Below, in pieces: positions 1-8,748 of a DNA stretch of 64,000 bases (position 1 is the stretch's first letter; the number at the start of each line of letters is the position of its first letter). The notes beneath the pieces were generated by a model. The model was given only the letters and a program-made list of their open reading frames with translations. It made no database searches and was not told where the DNA came from. A program made the position numbers and the translations under genes. The stretch comes from Oceanispirochaeta sp. (GTDB taxonomy: Bacteria; Spirochaetota; Spirochaetia; DSM-2461), in assembly GCA_963666275.2 (NCBI GenBank), contig CAXXOA010000002.1:1344001-1408000 (forward strand), given 5' to 3'.

Positions 1-138
1 ATGGTTGGGATTATTACTCTGCCTATGGAAATCAAGTACTTCGGTAAACAGACAGCAATCCTGAGAAATCTGTTGTCTTTCATATTTGTCTTTGCTGCGG
101 CATCCTTTGTCGCATTGATTGTAGGAGTGATGCAATGA
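1..138 (+). CDS. 3' end of a permease (partner of the downstream permease; 5' part outside the window)
   Basis: Frame 1 reads MVGIITLPMEIKYFGKQTAILRNLLSFIF..., hydrophobic; its TGA overlaps the next ATG (ATGA at 135-138). Confidence 0.7.
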   Translation: MVGIITLPMEIKYFGKQTAILRNLLSFIFVFAAASFVALIVGVMQ

Positions 139-689
139 AAGGATTTCTCATACGCTACCGTGGAACACTGATAACTTTGATTGTATTGGCGGTCTTTATC
201 ATATTCTTTCCACAAAAAGCCCCGGAAGCGGGAGCCGCCCTATGGAATCAGCTAAAAACATTATTATTGATTCTACCACCTATTTTTATTCTGCTAGGTT
301 TATTGGATGTTTGGGTTCCCAGAGAACATATGGTGAAACTCATGGGTGAAGATTCAGGAATAAAAGGTGTTCTCCTCGCATTGGTTCTGGGTTCAGCAGC
401 AGCCGGACCGCTCTACGGAGCCTTTCCTGTGGCTGCAGTGCTTATGAAAAAGGGAGTAAAGTTTTATAACATTCTGATTTTTATCGGTGCGTGGTCAACC
501 ACCAAAATCCCTATGCTGCTTTTTGAAATGAAATCTCTGGGATACAGCTTTGCTCTTTCCCGCCTTGTAATTGATATCATAGGTATAGGAATAATTGCTT
601 TGCTTATGGTCAAGTTGATTCCTCAACAGAGGATACAGGAGATTTACGAGAAGGCTCAGGTGGAAGAAAATCAAGGTAAACAGATTTGA
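135..689 (+). CDS. Predicted permease (DUF318/ArsP-like)
   Basis: Multiple TM segments; motifs 'GSAAAGPLYGAFP' and 'GAWSTTKIPMLLFE'. Confidence 0.75.
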   Translation: MKGFLIRYRGTLITLIVLAVFIIFFPQKAPEAGAALWNQLKTLLLILPPIFILLGLLDVWVPREHMVKLMGEDSGIKGVLLALVLGSAAAGPLYGAFPVAAVLMKKGVKFYNILIFIGAWSTTKIPMLLFEMKSLGYSFALSRLVIDIIGIGIIALLMVKLIPQQRIQEIYEKAQVEENQGKQI

Positions 690-1288
690 AATTTTCTGAT
701 CTCTTCAAAGACGCAGTACAGAAAGACTATGAGAAGGGAGAAGTCCTTCATAGACCTCATGAAAAATGCATTTCTTTGGGGTATGTACAATCAGGAATGT
801 TAAGTATGAAGAATTACTTGTCATCAGGAAAAGCATTATCCCTAACGAAATTTTATCCTGGAGAAATGTATGGTGAATTGCTTGTCCTTGCAGAAGAGAA
901 TTATAGAGGATGGTTGATTGCCGATGAACCAACGACTGTTCTGGAATTGAATGCAGAACGATTGAGTTATTTATTGATGGAGTCATCTTTTAAAAAAATA
1001 TTCTTTCGAAGAATTTCCTATCGGGTCTCCACAATGACTGAAAGAATGGAAATCCTTACATATAAGAAAGTATCAGACCGTATTATCCTATACTTTTTAA
1101 GTCACTACGATGAAGGTAAGGAGTTTGAAATCAATATTACGTCTTTGGCTGAAGAGTTGGATTGTTCCAGAGAAGCGTTATCAAGAGCCATCTCATTTCT
1201 TGAGAAAGAAGAATTTCTATCCAAGAGAGGACATAAATTGAGAATTTTGAGTTTTCCTTTACTGGAAACTAAGCTATCATTCAATTAG
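686..1288 (+). CDS. Crp/Fnr-family regulator, HcpR-like
   Basis: cNMP-binding-like N-terminus (GEMYGE) and C-terminal HTH 'LAEELDCSREALSRAI'; next to hcp. Confidence 0.85.
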   Translation: MKFSDLFKDAVQKDYEKGEVLHRPHEKCISLGYVQSGMLSMKNYLSSGKALSLTKFYPGEMYGELLVLAEENYRGWLIADEPTTVLELNAERLSYLLMESSFKKIFFRRISYRVSTMTERMEILTYKKVSDRIILYFLSHYDEGKEFEINITSLAEELDCSREALSRAISFLEKEEFLSKRGHKLRILSFPLLETKLSFN

Positions 1289-1294
1289 GTCAAT

Positions 1295-1624
1295 ATGTTA
1301 GTAAGTCGAAAAATGGATGAGAAGACTCTTCACCGGATGCATTCCATCTATTGCAAAAATAACCATCAGTCTTCTTCATCTTTATGTGAATCCTGTAAAT
1401 CACAATTTGAATACAGCCTTCAGCAAACGAAACATTGTAAATGGAAGAATCAAGGAAGACTATGTTCTTCCTGTGCTGTTCATTGCTTTGAAGAAGAGAA
1501 ACGAGAGAAAATCAGAGATGTAATGAGATACTCCGGACCTCGTCTTTTACTCACAAATCCAATACTGTCAATTCGGTATCTTATACTGAAATCTATGCAA
1601 GGAAGGATTTCCAGAAAGTTGTAA
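1295..1624 (+). CDS. YgbA / nitrous-oxide-stimulated-promoter family Cys-rich protein
   Basis: 'IYCKNNH..LCESC..C..LCSSCAVHCF..IRDVMRYSGPRLL' pattern. Confidence 0.85.
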   Translation: MLVSRKMDEKTLHRMHSIYCKNNHQSSSSLCESCKSQFEYSLQQTKHCKWKNQGRLCSSCAVHCFEEEKREKIRDVMRYSGPRLLLTNPILSIRYLILKSMQGRISRKL

Positions 1625-1650
1625 TCAGGAAATCCTTCCATATTAAAATC

Positions 1651-3276
1651 CTATTTTCCTGCCATCATGGCAGCAACATCTTCAGATACTTCACCGGTAG
1701 GCTTGATGTTAAAGTTCTCCACAAGGACTTTCGCCACATTGGGAGAGAGGAACGCCGGAAGGGTTGGTCCAAGACGGATTCCTTTTACTCCTAGAAAGAG
1801 TAGTGCAAGAAGTACGGCTACAGCTTTCTGTTCATACCAGGCAATATCAAAGGAGATGGGAAGGTCGTTGATATCATCCAGTTCAAAGACCTCTTTCAGT
1901 TTTAAGGCAATCAGAGCCAGGGAGTAGGAATCGTTGCACTGACCGGCATCCAGAACTCTTGGAATCCCTCCTATATCACCCAGGTTCAGTTTATTGTATC
2001 TGTATTTAGCACAACCGGCAGTGAGGATGACACTATCCGCAGGTAGAGTTTCGGCAACTTCAGTAAAATAGGAACGAGTCTTTTGCCGGGCATCACAACC
2101 ACCCATTACGACGAATCTTTTAATGGCGCCGGATTTCACAGCGTCCACAACTTTATCCGCCAGTGCGAAAACCTGTTCATGGGCAAATCCTCCGACAATA
2201 GATCCTGTTTCAATCCCTGTAGGAGGTATACAGGATTTTGCACAATTGATGACCGCTGAAAAGTCTTTTTTTCCGTTCTTCTCTTCAATATGGGGTACTC
2301 CCGGATATCCGGCCATGCCAGTGGTGAAAATCCTGTCTTTGTAGGCATCTTTAACAGGTACTATACAGTTGGTGGTCATAAGGATAGCACCGTTGAAAGA
2401 ATCAAACTCCTTGTCCTGTTTCCACCAGGCATTTCCATAGTTTCCGTAGAAATGATCATACTTCTTGAATTTGGGATAATAGTTGGCGGGCAGCATCTCG
2501 GAATGAGTATAGATATCAATACCAGCATCTTTGGTCTGTTCCAGAAGCTGTTCAAAATCCTTCAGATCATGTCCTGAAACCAGTATTCCCGGTCTTGTTC
2601 CAACACCTATATTTACAGTGGTAATCTCCGGGTTGCCGTAGGTCTCGGTATTCGCTTTATCCAAGGTCGCCATAGCCGTAACCGCCGCTTCCCCGGTTTT
2701 CAAGGTTAAGGCAATCAGTTTATCGATATCTGATTCAGTAACCAGATTTGCTAGAGCCTGTAGATGGAAATCCCAGAGGCTTTCATCCTCATAACCCAGG
2801 ACTTTGGCATGAGTGGTATACGCTGCCAGGCCTTTCAACCCGTAGGTTATTAATCCTTTTAAACTTCTGATATCTTCATTCTTTTCTGCGAGAACTCCGA
2901 CTTCCTTTGCTTTTTCTGACCAGGCAGACTCAGGGGCATCCCATGCAGCGCTGTCATCAGAAAACACTGATCCTTTGGATTTCAATGAGTTCCTGATCTC
3001 AAGGGCTTCTTTTATCAGATCGGTGATTCTTTGGTCATCAAAGTTGGCATTGGTAATCGTGGCAAATAGAGCGGCAGCAATAAACTCAGCTGTTTCAGCT
3101 TTTCCCTTTTTGTCCAGAATGCCTTTTTTCTCAGCATCCAAAGCAAGTCCAGCCACTCCTTTGAGGCTATGAATGAGTAAATCCTGGAGGTTTGCTGTTG
3201 ATTCGGGTTTACCGCAGACACCTCTTTTATCGCAGCCGGTGTTTTTTGCTGCTTCCTGACATTGAAAACAAAACAT
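1651..3276 (-). CDS. hcp: Hybrid cluster protein (hydroxylamine reductase / prismane)
   Basis: N-terminal [15 protein letters not shown]; 'YTHSEMLPA', '[11 protein letters not shown]', 'WYEQKAV'. Confidence 0.97.
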   Translation of the reverse strand: MFCFQCQEAAKNTGCDKRGVCGKPESTANLQDLLIHSLKGVAGLALDAEKKGILDKKGKAETAEFIAAALFATITNANFDDQRITDLIKEALEIRNSLKSKGSVFSDDSAAWDAPESAWSEKAKEVGVLAEKNEDIRSLKGLITYGLKGLAAYTTHAKVLGYEDESLWDFHLQALANLVTESDIDKLIALTLKTGEAAVTAMATLDKANTETYGNPEITTVNIGVGTRPGILVSGHDLKDFEQLLEQTKDAGIDIYTHSEMLPANYYPKFKKYDHFYGNYGNAWWKQDKEFDSFNGAILMTTNCIVPVKDAYKDRIFTTGMAGYPGVPHIEEKNGKKDFSAVINCAKSCIPPTGIETGSIVGGFAHEQVFALADKVVDAVKSGAIKRFVVMGGCDARQKTRSYFTEVAETLPADSVILTAGCAKYRYNKLNLGDIGGIPRVLDAGQCNDSYSLALIALKLKEVFELDDINDLPISFDIAWYEQKAVAVLLALLFLGVKGIRLGPTLPAFLSPNVAKVLVENFNIKPTGEVSEDVAAMMAGK

Positions 3277-3405
3277 AGTATCTCCTTTATAAACAGTTTT
3301 ATAAAAGTCTAATGGATAAAAAATTGTTTTCCAGTGAGGAATTATTCTATTCAGAAAGATTGCAAAGAAGGAATTATTCTCATCTTTGGAACTAATGTGG
3401 CAAGA

Positions 3406-3957
3406 TTATGATAGAGTTTCCCTGTGGTTAAAGGAGCTTATATACCTCTCAGCCTTAGCAACCCTTGTCTCCAAGTCGCCAGAAAGTTCTATCACCGGAG
3501 TGTTCCCTGCAAGGTCGCCGATGATTCTTTGAATCATTATGTCGACTTCTTCTTGAAGTTCGGAATACTCATCCGAAGGGGAATTCTGAGTTACAATGTC
3601 TTCTACAGGAAGATAAAAAAGAGCATCCAGAGACTCAATACTTTTCTTAACTTCTTCAAAATACTCATCTTCGTCAATTTCTCCATAATTATCAGCAACA
3701 AGAGTATATGCAAGAAGATCTACGGGAGATCTATCGAAGAACACATCTTCACTTTGCTCCTCTTCTATCAATTCGAGTGATTTTTCAAGCATGGCCCGAT
3801 ACTCATCGAGAGATGGTGGGTCGGGAATCTCATATCCCTCTTCCAGTAATAGATGGTAAGGTTCGTCGTATATAATATAATTGGGAAAACTCTCAGAAAG
3901 GAGCTCAATAATTGTTGATTTTCCACTGTTGTGTGAACCAGTAACTGCTATAAGCAT
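3406..3957 (-). CDS. P-loop AAA/nucleotide-kinase-like protein (AAA_28-like)
   Basis: Walker A 'GSHNSGKST' and 'FFDRSPVD'; ATG at 3957 follows a GGAG RBS. Confidence 0.75.
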   Translation of the reverse strand: MLIAVTGSHNSGKSTIIELLSESFPNYIIYDEPYHLLLEEGYEIPDPPSLDEYRAMLEKSLELIEEEQSEDVFFDRSPVDLLAYTLVADNYGEIDEDEYFEEVKKSIESLDALFYLPVEDIVTQNSPSDEYSELQEEVDIMIQRIIGDLAGNTPVIELSGDLETRVAKAERYISSFNHRETLS

Positions 3958-4093
3958 TGATAATCTCCAATAAATAATTTCGAGGACAGTAGTTGATAGA
4001 TCTAAGTATTTCACTTTTGTTTTGATTCTATTAAACTAAATTTGATTGGTTAATCTGTATAATATTCAATATCGAGTTAAAAGTGAGAAAAAC

Positions 4094-4999
4094 ATGAAAA
4101 AGATCAAAATGAAGTCAGGTTTGAATATTACTATAGATTTAAGTTTAATAATCTTTGCAGGAATCCTCTACGCATTTGCTCTAAAATACTTTGTTCTACC
4201 ATCAAAAATAATTCTTACTGGTACTGAAGGGATTGCCTCATCGTTATCCTATTTTTATGACAGTGAGAGATTATTCTTGTATTTATATATCGGTTTTCAG
4301 TTTCTTATTCTGACATTTGGTTTTTTCAAAGTAAGTAAGCAGTTTGCAGTAAGGTCTTTCATCACAGTTTTAATAGTTGTGCTGTTCTTACGTTTTCTGC
4401 CTGAGTTCCAGTTCGCACAACCAGAATCTCAAAACGAAAGAATTATTCTCGTTATATTTGGAGGATTGTTAGCTGGTGTTGCAAAAGCTTTAGCTTTTAA
4501 ACATCGGGGTTCTACAGGAGATGAAGATGTTATTGGTGCATATTTTGCAATGAAACTTTTAAAACCTGTGGGATTTGTATCAGTGATAGCCGCTATTGTT
4601 TCTACTACATTTGGAATTGTACTGGATGTTATCAAGACGGATACTTTTGAAGTTGCCATCAATACTCTCATGTATACAAGTATTTATATCTTTATAGCAG
4701 CAGAAACTCTGAATAATTTGTATAAAAAGTTTCAAATCACTCTGTTGACAATCATGACTGATGATCCAGAAAAGATCGGTGAGCTAATTAAAAGGACACT
4801 TGATTATAGGACATATACAGGTCAGACGGCTTCTGGGGGGCATAGTAAAACAGAATATCAAATGATAAAAACGATAATTACAAGAGAGGAGCTTCCCGAA
4901 TTGCTGAGAATCATTGATTCTGTTTACCCAGAGTGTTTTTACTATTATCATGATGTAGAAGGAACTTCAAGAAAATACTTTATTAGACCAATAGGATAA
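4094..4999 (+). CDS. YitT-family membrane protein
   Basis: TM helices, 'GSTGDED' (variant of GSSGG), C-terminal soluble DUF2179-like domain. Confidence 0.8.
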   Translation: MKKIKMKSGLNITIDLSLIIFAGILYAFALKYFVLPSKIILTGTEGIASSLSYFYDSERLFLYLYIGFQFLILTFGFFKVSKQFAVRSFITVLIVVLFLRFLPEFQFAQPESQNERIILVIFGGLLAGVAKALAFKHRGSTGDEDVIGAYFAMKLLKPVGFVSVIAAIVSTTFGIVLDVIKTDTFEVAINTLMYTSIYIFIAAETLNNLYKKFQITLLTIMTDDPEKIGELIKRTLDYRTYTGQTASGGHSKTEYQMIKTIITREELPELLRIIDSVYPECFYYYHDVEGTSRKYFIRPIG

Positions 5000-5003
5000 T
5001 TAT

Positions 5004-5531
5004 ATGATGAGAAAGTGGGATAAGATAATTCAAATCAATTTAATTCTTATAGTATCAGCCTTTTCTTCCTGCACTCAAGAATCAAGTTTTCCAAATTTAT
5101 CAAGAACATCATGGAATAACAGAAGTGTGGATAATATTGAATATTCTTCATTAGCACAAGGAATGACTTATTTACCTCTGTATTCACATATTTATTATAT
5201 ACAAGAAAATAAACCCTTTTATTTAACTTCAACGGTAAGTATCAGAAATGTTTCAAAAGATGATAAGGCATATCTTTTATCAGCAGATTATTTTGATACT
5301 GATGGTAATCTGGTTAGAAGCTATCTTCAAAAACCAATCTATTTAAATCCATTAGAGACTGTTGAAGTAGTAATTGCTGAATCTGATATAAAAGGTGGAT
5401 CGGGCGCAAATTTTCTGTTTAAATGGGCAGTAGGAAATGAACTGAACCCAATTTTATTTGAAGCTGTGATGATATCTACTTCTGGCCAACAAGGTTTATC
5501 TTTTACATCTAGAGGTGTTAGAGTTTATTAA
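5004..5531 (+). CDS. DUF3124-family lipoprotein
   Basis: Lipobox-like 'FSSC'; 'YLPLYSHIY', 'GGSGANFL', 'QGLSFTSRG'. Confidence 0.8.
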   Translation: MMRKWDKIIQINLILIVSAFSSCTQESSFPNLSRTSWNNRSVDNIEYSSLAQGMTYLPLYSHIYYIQENKPFYLTSTVSIRNVSKDDKAYLLSADYFDTDGNLVRSYLQKPIYLNPLETVEVVIAESDIKGGSGANFLFKWAVGNELNPILFEAVMISTSGQQGLSFTSRGVRVY

Positions 5532-5601
5532 CCGTCTTTCTATCTTCAACCTGTCCCATCATCGGAACTGAATGTAGCAATCTTGCTTCATTCAACAACA
5601 T

Positions 5602-5730
5602 GTTCACCAGATGAACGCATAATGCATGTTCATGTGGTGAACTGCACGTTCATGACGTGAACGCCGGTGTTCACCTGGTGAACCGATATATATAGATATA
5701 AATAAACTTATAAATATAATACTACTATAG
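5602..5730. repeat. Four 15-bp GTTCA-N5-TGAAC palindromes followed by an AT-rich tract (iteron/origin-like)
   Basis: Copies at 5602-5616, 5628-5642, 5648-5662 and 5669-5683, then TATATATAGATATAAATAAACTTATAAATATAATACTACTATAG. Confidence 0.7.
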
Positions 5731-5987
5731 GAATCTTCGATTCATATTGCATATAGGAGCTGAAAGCTCATTCTTTCTTGCATAAAGATTAAGAATCTGT
5801 ACTGTCAGCGGAACCAATCACTGTAGAACTCTTCTGGTTAACGTGTTAATTACTTCATCTCATCTTCAATGATCTTTATAAATTTGTGATCAGCCATTGA
5901 AACTTGACTCCATGGTACAATAAACCGATGATCAAATTAAGTTGCTACAAAATGCAACAGTTATTTAGAAACTAGGTGACCATCATT

Positions 5988-6446
5988 ATGTTTAGTCTTG
6001 AAGCAGACTTGGTAGATCAATTTATCAATCATATAGAGAATCGAAATATTTATTGGAATTTAAGTAATATCCTCAAAGAGTTCAATTATTCAAATGGTAA
6101 GACAGATATAATTGCAACTGATGAAGATACTGTTTTTGCATTTGAAGCAAAACTTGATAAGTGGCGAAAAGCGATTAATCAGGCGTATAGAAATACGATA
6201 TTTGCAGATTACTCATATGTAATATTACCAAAATCTAGACAGACAATCTCAATGAAGAATAAATCTGAGTTTGAAAAATACGGGGTTGGGCTTATACTGG
6301 TAGATGAGCAAACTGCTGAGATTTCAATAACTGCAAAGAAAAATTTCCCAGGAAACAACTGGATTGTGAATAAAGCAAAAACAATGATGCAGGAGAAATG
6401 TAACGTCGCAAGTATATCAGGAGGTTGCGAGGGAGTATTGTCTTAG
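5988..6446 (+). CDS. Small PD-(D/E)xK nuclease-like protein (MmcB/sce7726-like)
   Basis: 'KEF..NGKTDII..AFEAKL..W..A..QA' fits an E..D..ExK..Q restriction-endonuclease fold; 'GVGLI'. Confidence 0.6.
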   Translation: MFSLEADLVDQFINHIENRNIYWNLSNILKEFNYSNGKTDIIATDEDTVFAFEAKLDKWRKAINQAYRNTIFADYSYVILPKSRQTISMKNKSEFEKYGVGLILVDEQTAEISITAKKNFPGNNWIVNKAKTMMQEKCNVASISGGCEGVLS

Positions 6447-6651
6447 GAAAAACCTTCATTTTGATAGGTACCTTGGTAATGGGGCGTTTAAAGAGGTTTA
6501 CTTAGTTCAAGATTCTTCTAGCAATATTGCATTAAAAATAATAAATCCTCAAAAAGCAAATCTTAAGAGATTGGAGAGGGAAGTTAAGTCTGTTCAAGTA
6601 TGTAGCTCTCCTTTTATATCCAAGTTTTTTGCTCTTGATACCTTCCAATGA
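6403..6651 (+). pseudogene. 5' fragment of a Hanks-type Ser/Thr protein kinase truncated by IS3 (not in the ORF track)
   Basis: Frame reads ..YLGNGAFKEVYLVQDSSSNIALKIINPQKANLKRLEREVK..: Gly-rich loop, AxK lysine and alphaC Glu. The stop is the TGA at the start of the IS end. AGGAGA RBS lies upstream of an ACG at 6403 (possibly a mutated ATG). Confidence 0.8.
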
Positions 6652-6718
6652 CCCCAGCCCTTTAAACTGTACCACGATCTAGATTAGTTTTCAGCCGATT
6701 TATACAATGGAGGCTGAA

Positions 6719-6991
6719 ATGAAAAAGAGATTTACAGAAGAGCAAATTGTAAAAATCCTTAATGAGCAGGTTGCCGGTAAGAAGGTTAAAGAAATAGCCA
6801 GAGATTACGGTATCAGTGAGAATACTTTCTTTAATTGGAAAAAGAGGTATGGTGGAATGACTACCAAAGAAGTTGTCAGGTTAAGGCAACTAGAATCTGA
6901 AAATGAGAATTTAAAGAAGCTTGTTGCCGAACTTTCGTTGGACAATATGGCTCAAAAGGAAATCATAAAAAAGTTCTGCGACCCGGAGTAA
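6719..6991 (+). CDS. IS3 transposase OrfA (HTH)
   Basis: 'MKKRFTEEQIVKIL..ISENTFFNWKKRYGGM..RLRQLESENENLKKLVAEL'. Confidence 0.93.
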   Translation: MKKRFTEEQIVKILNEQVAGKKVKEIARDYGISENTFFNWKKRYGGMTTKEVVRLRQLESENENLKKLVAELSLDNMAQKEIIKKFCDPE

Positions 6992-7002
6992 AGAAACAGG
7001 TT

Positions 7003-7836
7003 GTGAACCACCTGATTCAGAACTTCGGGATATCAGTTAGACGGGCATGTAAACTAGCTCAGATCGCAAGATCAACATTCCTGTATAGTAAGAAACCAAA
7101 CGATGATCATGTCATTCTGGAAGCAATCAAGAAGATCATTTCCAAAAACAGTAAATATGGCTGTGAGATGATCCATTTGAAGCTTAGACAGCAGGGAATG
7201 TTAATTAACCATAAAAGGATTGCACGGATCTATAGAGAGCAGGGATTGCAGTTAATAGCTAGAAAGCGTAGGAGGAAAATCGCATCAGAAGAACGAACTC
7301 CTGTTGATTTACCGGCAGCGCCGAATAAGTTGTGGGCAATGGATTTCATAAATGATTCAATCAGTTTCAACAGGAAGTTGAAAATACTAACAGTCATAGA
7401 TCCTGTTACTAATAAATCACCAGTTATCCATCCTGCTTATTCAATAACAGGTAACCATCTATCAGAGATTCTTGAAGAGGCATGTGAAATTCATGGATAT
7501 CCAGAGATTATTCAATGTGATAATGGACCTGAATTCAGAGGCCAAGAACTTGATAAGTGGTGTTTTAAACATGGCATTAAAATTAGTTATTCCAGACCTG
7601 GTAAGCCAATTGATAACTGCCATATTGAGAGTTTCAACGGTACATTCAGATATGAATGCTTGAATTCGAATTACTTTGAAACCCTTAAATCTGCAAGGCG
7701 TATTATTGAAAACTGGCGGAATGAATACAATGAGGAACGTCCTCAGAAAAGATTAAAAGGGATGACACCATCCCAATATGAAGATAAGCTAATAAGGCAG
7801 AAAACTAATCCTACAACTGGTCGAAATGTGGGGTGA
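7003..7836 (+). CDS. IS3 transposase OrfB (DDE/rve); fused to OrfA by a -1 frameshift
   Basis: 'WAMDF', 'QCDNGPEF', 'IESFNG', 'YNEERP'; slippery A-AAA-AAG at 6967-6973 in the OrfA frame. Confidence 0.93.
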   Translation: MNHLIQNFGISVRRACKLAQIARSTFLYSKKPNDDHVILEAIKKIISKNSKYGCEMIHLKLRQQGMLINHKRIARIYREQGLQLIARKRRRKIASEERTPVDLPAAPNKLWAMDFINDSISFNRKLKILTVIDPVTNKSPVIHPAYSITGNHLSEILEEACEIHGYPEIIQCDNGPEFRGQELDKWCFKHGIKISYSRPGKPIDNCHIESFNGTFRYECLNSNYFETLKSARRIIENWRNEYNEERPQKRLKGMTPSQYEDKLIRQKTNPTTGRNVG

Positions 7837-7841
7837 GGTCA

Positions 7842-8207
7842 ATCAATCTAAATGATCTTGCTCAGGAGGATAAACCACAGAGGCTTGCTTCCTTAACAAG
7901 CCAAATAGAGGCGGAGAAAATCTATCTGATTATAAAAACAGATATTGAACCAAGAAGAGAGTTAGCGGATTCTTTGTTGATTACCAAACTACTCCAATTC
8001 ATACGTGAATTAACTCAAATTGAAAAAGAAATCGTAATAGCATTTAGTTCATTCGATATGATGATTTTTAAAGCTGCTGGTGCTAATCATTGTGCAACGA
8101 GCAAATTTTTTAACCTACGGAGGTTTACACCATCGAGGTTTGATGACAATTCTGGAGGTGGTGGTCAACTCCCATATTTCTTTTCAGAATCTCTATCAGC
8201 TTTCTAA
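7842..8207 (+). pseudogene. Internal/3' fragment of an unknown protein (possibly a sce7725/beta-protein-like barrel), 5' end removed at the IS end
   Basis: The open frame starts right at the IS right end (the listed GTG start lies inside the IR); 'FKAAGANHCATSKFFNLRRFTPSRFDD..GGGGQLPYFF' shows no kinase motifs. Confidence 0.55.
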
Positions 8208-8591
8208 GCACAAAATATAATAATCATACAGGAGTAATTCGTTACTTACTATTATAGTGCTCTTAATGAGCTTTACAGCTCCTACTTTAGAATGATGATG
8301 AATGATAATGGGAATTAGAAGAAGTCCATCACATCCGGTAAAAAAGGAGCTTCTCGAGAATGGAATTCCGCCTTCATTTATGGGAATTCTGAAGAGGAAA
8401 ATAATTGCAAATGAGAAAGAATAGCAGTATAGAGTGTTTATAAATGCAAGTGTTATAAATGAGAAACCACTCTCATTTTAGAATGTTTGATTGAAGGTAT
8501 TCTTTTAAATATAAATAATAGCATTCCAAAACCTAAAGTTTTCATCATAATCATTTGAAAGAAAAGATACTCAAACTATAACAAAAAATAC

Positions 8592-8710
8592 TTGACGCTG
8601 ACAAAGTTTAGAAGTAATATGTGACCGTACACGCAAATATGAATTAGTTATTATTATATTATAAGGAAGGCAAGATGTTTTTTTGATGCGTGACCGGTAA
8701 CGCATCAAAA
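8592..8710 (+). promoter_or_regulatory. Sigma70 promoter and two LacI-type operators for the TRAP operon
   Basis: TTGACG(8592)-17 nt-TAATAT(8615); GTGACCGTACAC at 8621-8632; 30-bp near-perfect palindrome TTTTGATGCGTGACCGGTAACGCATCAAAA at 8681-8710. Confidence 0.7.
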
Positions 8711-8748
8711 TAAAATATTATGAACTGTTTAAAATAAGGAGATAAGTC

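Larger units (their letters stand above)
6649..7841 (+). mobile_element. IS3-family insertion sequence (~1.19 kb, IS407-like)
   Basis: Ends 5'-TG...CA-3'; imperfect IRs TGACCCCAGCCC..GATTAGTTTTC and (reverse complement) TGACCTCACCCC..GATTAGTTTTC; orfA+orfB; flanks CCAA and ATCA show no duplication. Confidence 0.93.

Noticed and set aside
5602..5683. LexA boxes as an explanation for the GTTC/GAAC repeats
   Set aside because: Spacing fits neither GAAC-N4-GTTC nor GTTC-N7-GTTC; the units are GTTCA-N5-TGAAC dyads.
7833..7841. GTG start for the 124-aa ORF 7833..8207
   Set aside because: The start codon lies inside the IS right inverted repeat, so the ORF is better read as a truncated fragment.
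8208..8580. Possible further gene remnant between the IS-truncated fragment and the TRAP promoter
   Set aside because: No sustained frame or recognisable motif was found by eye.
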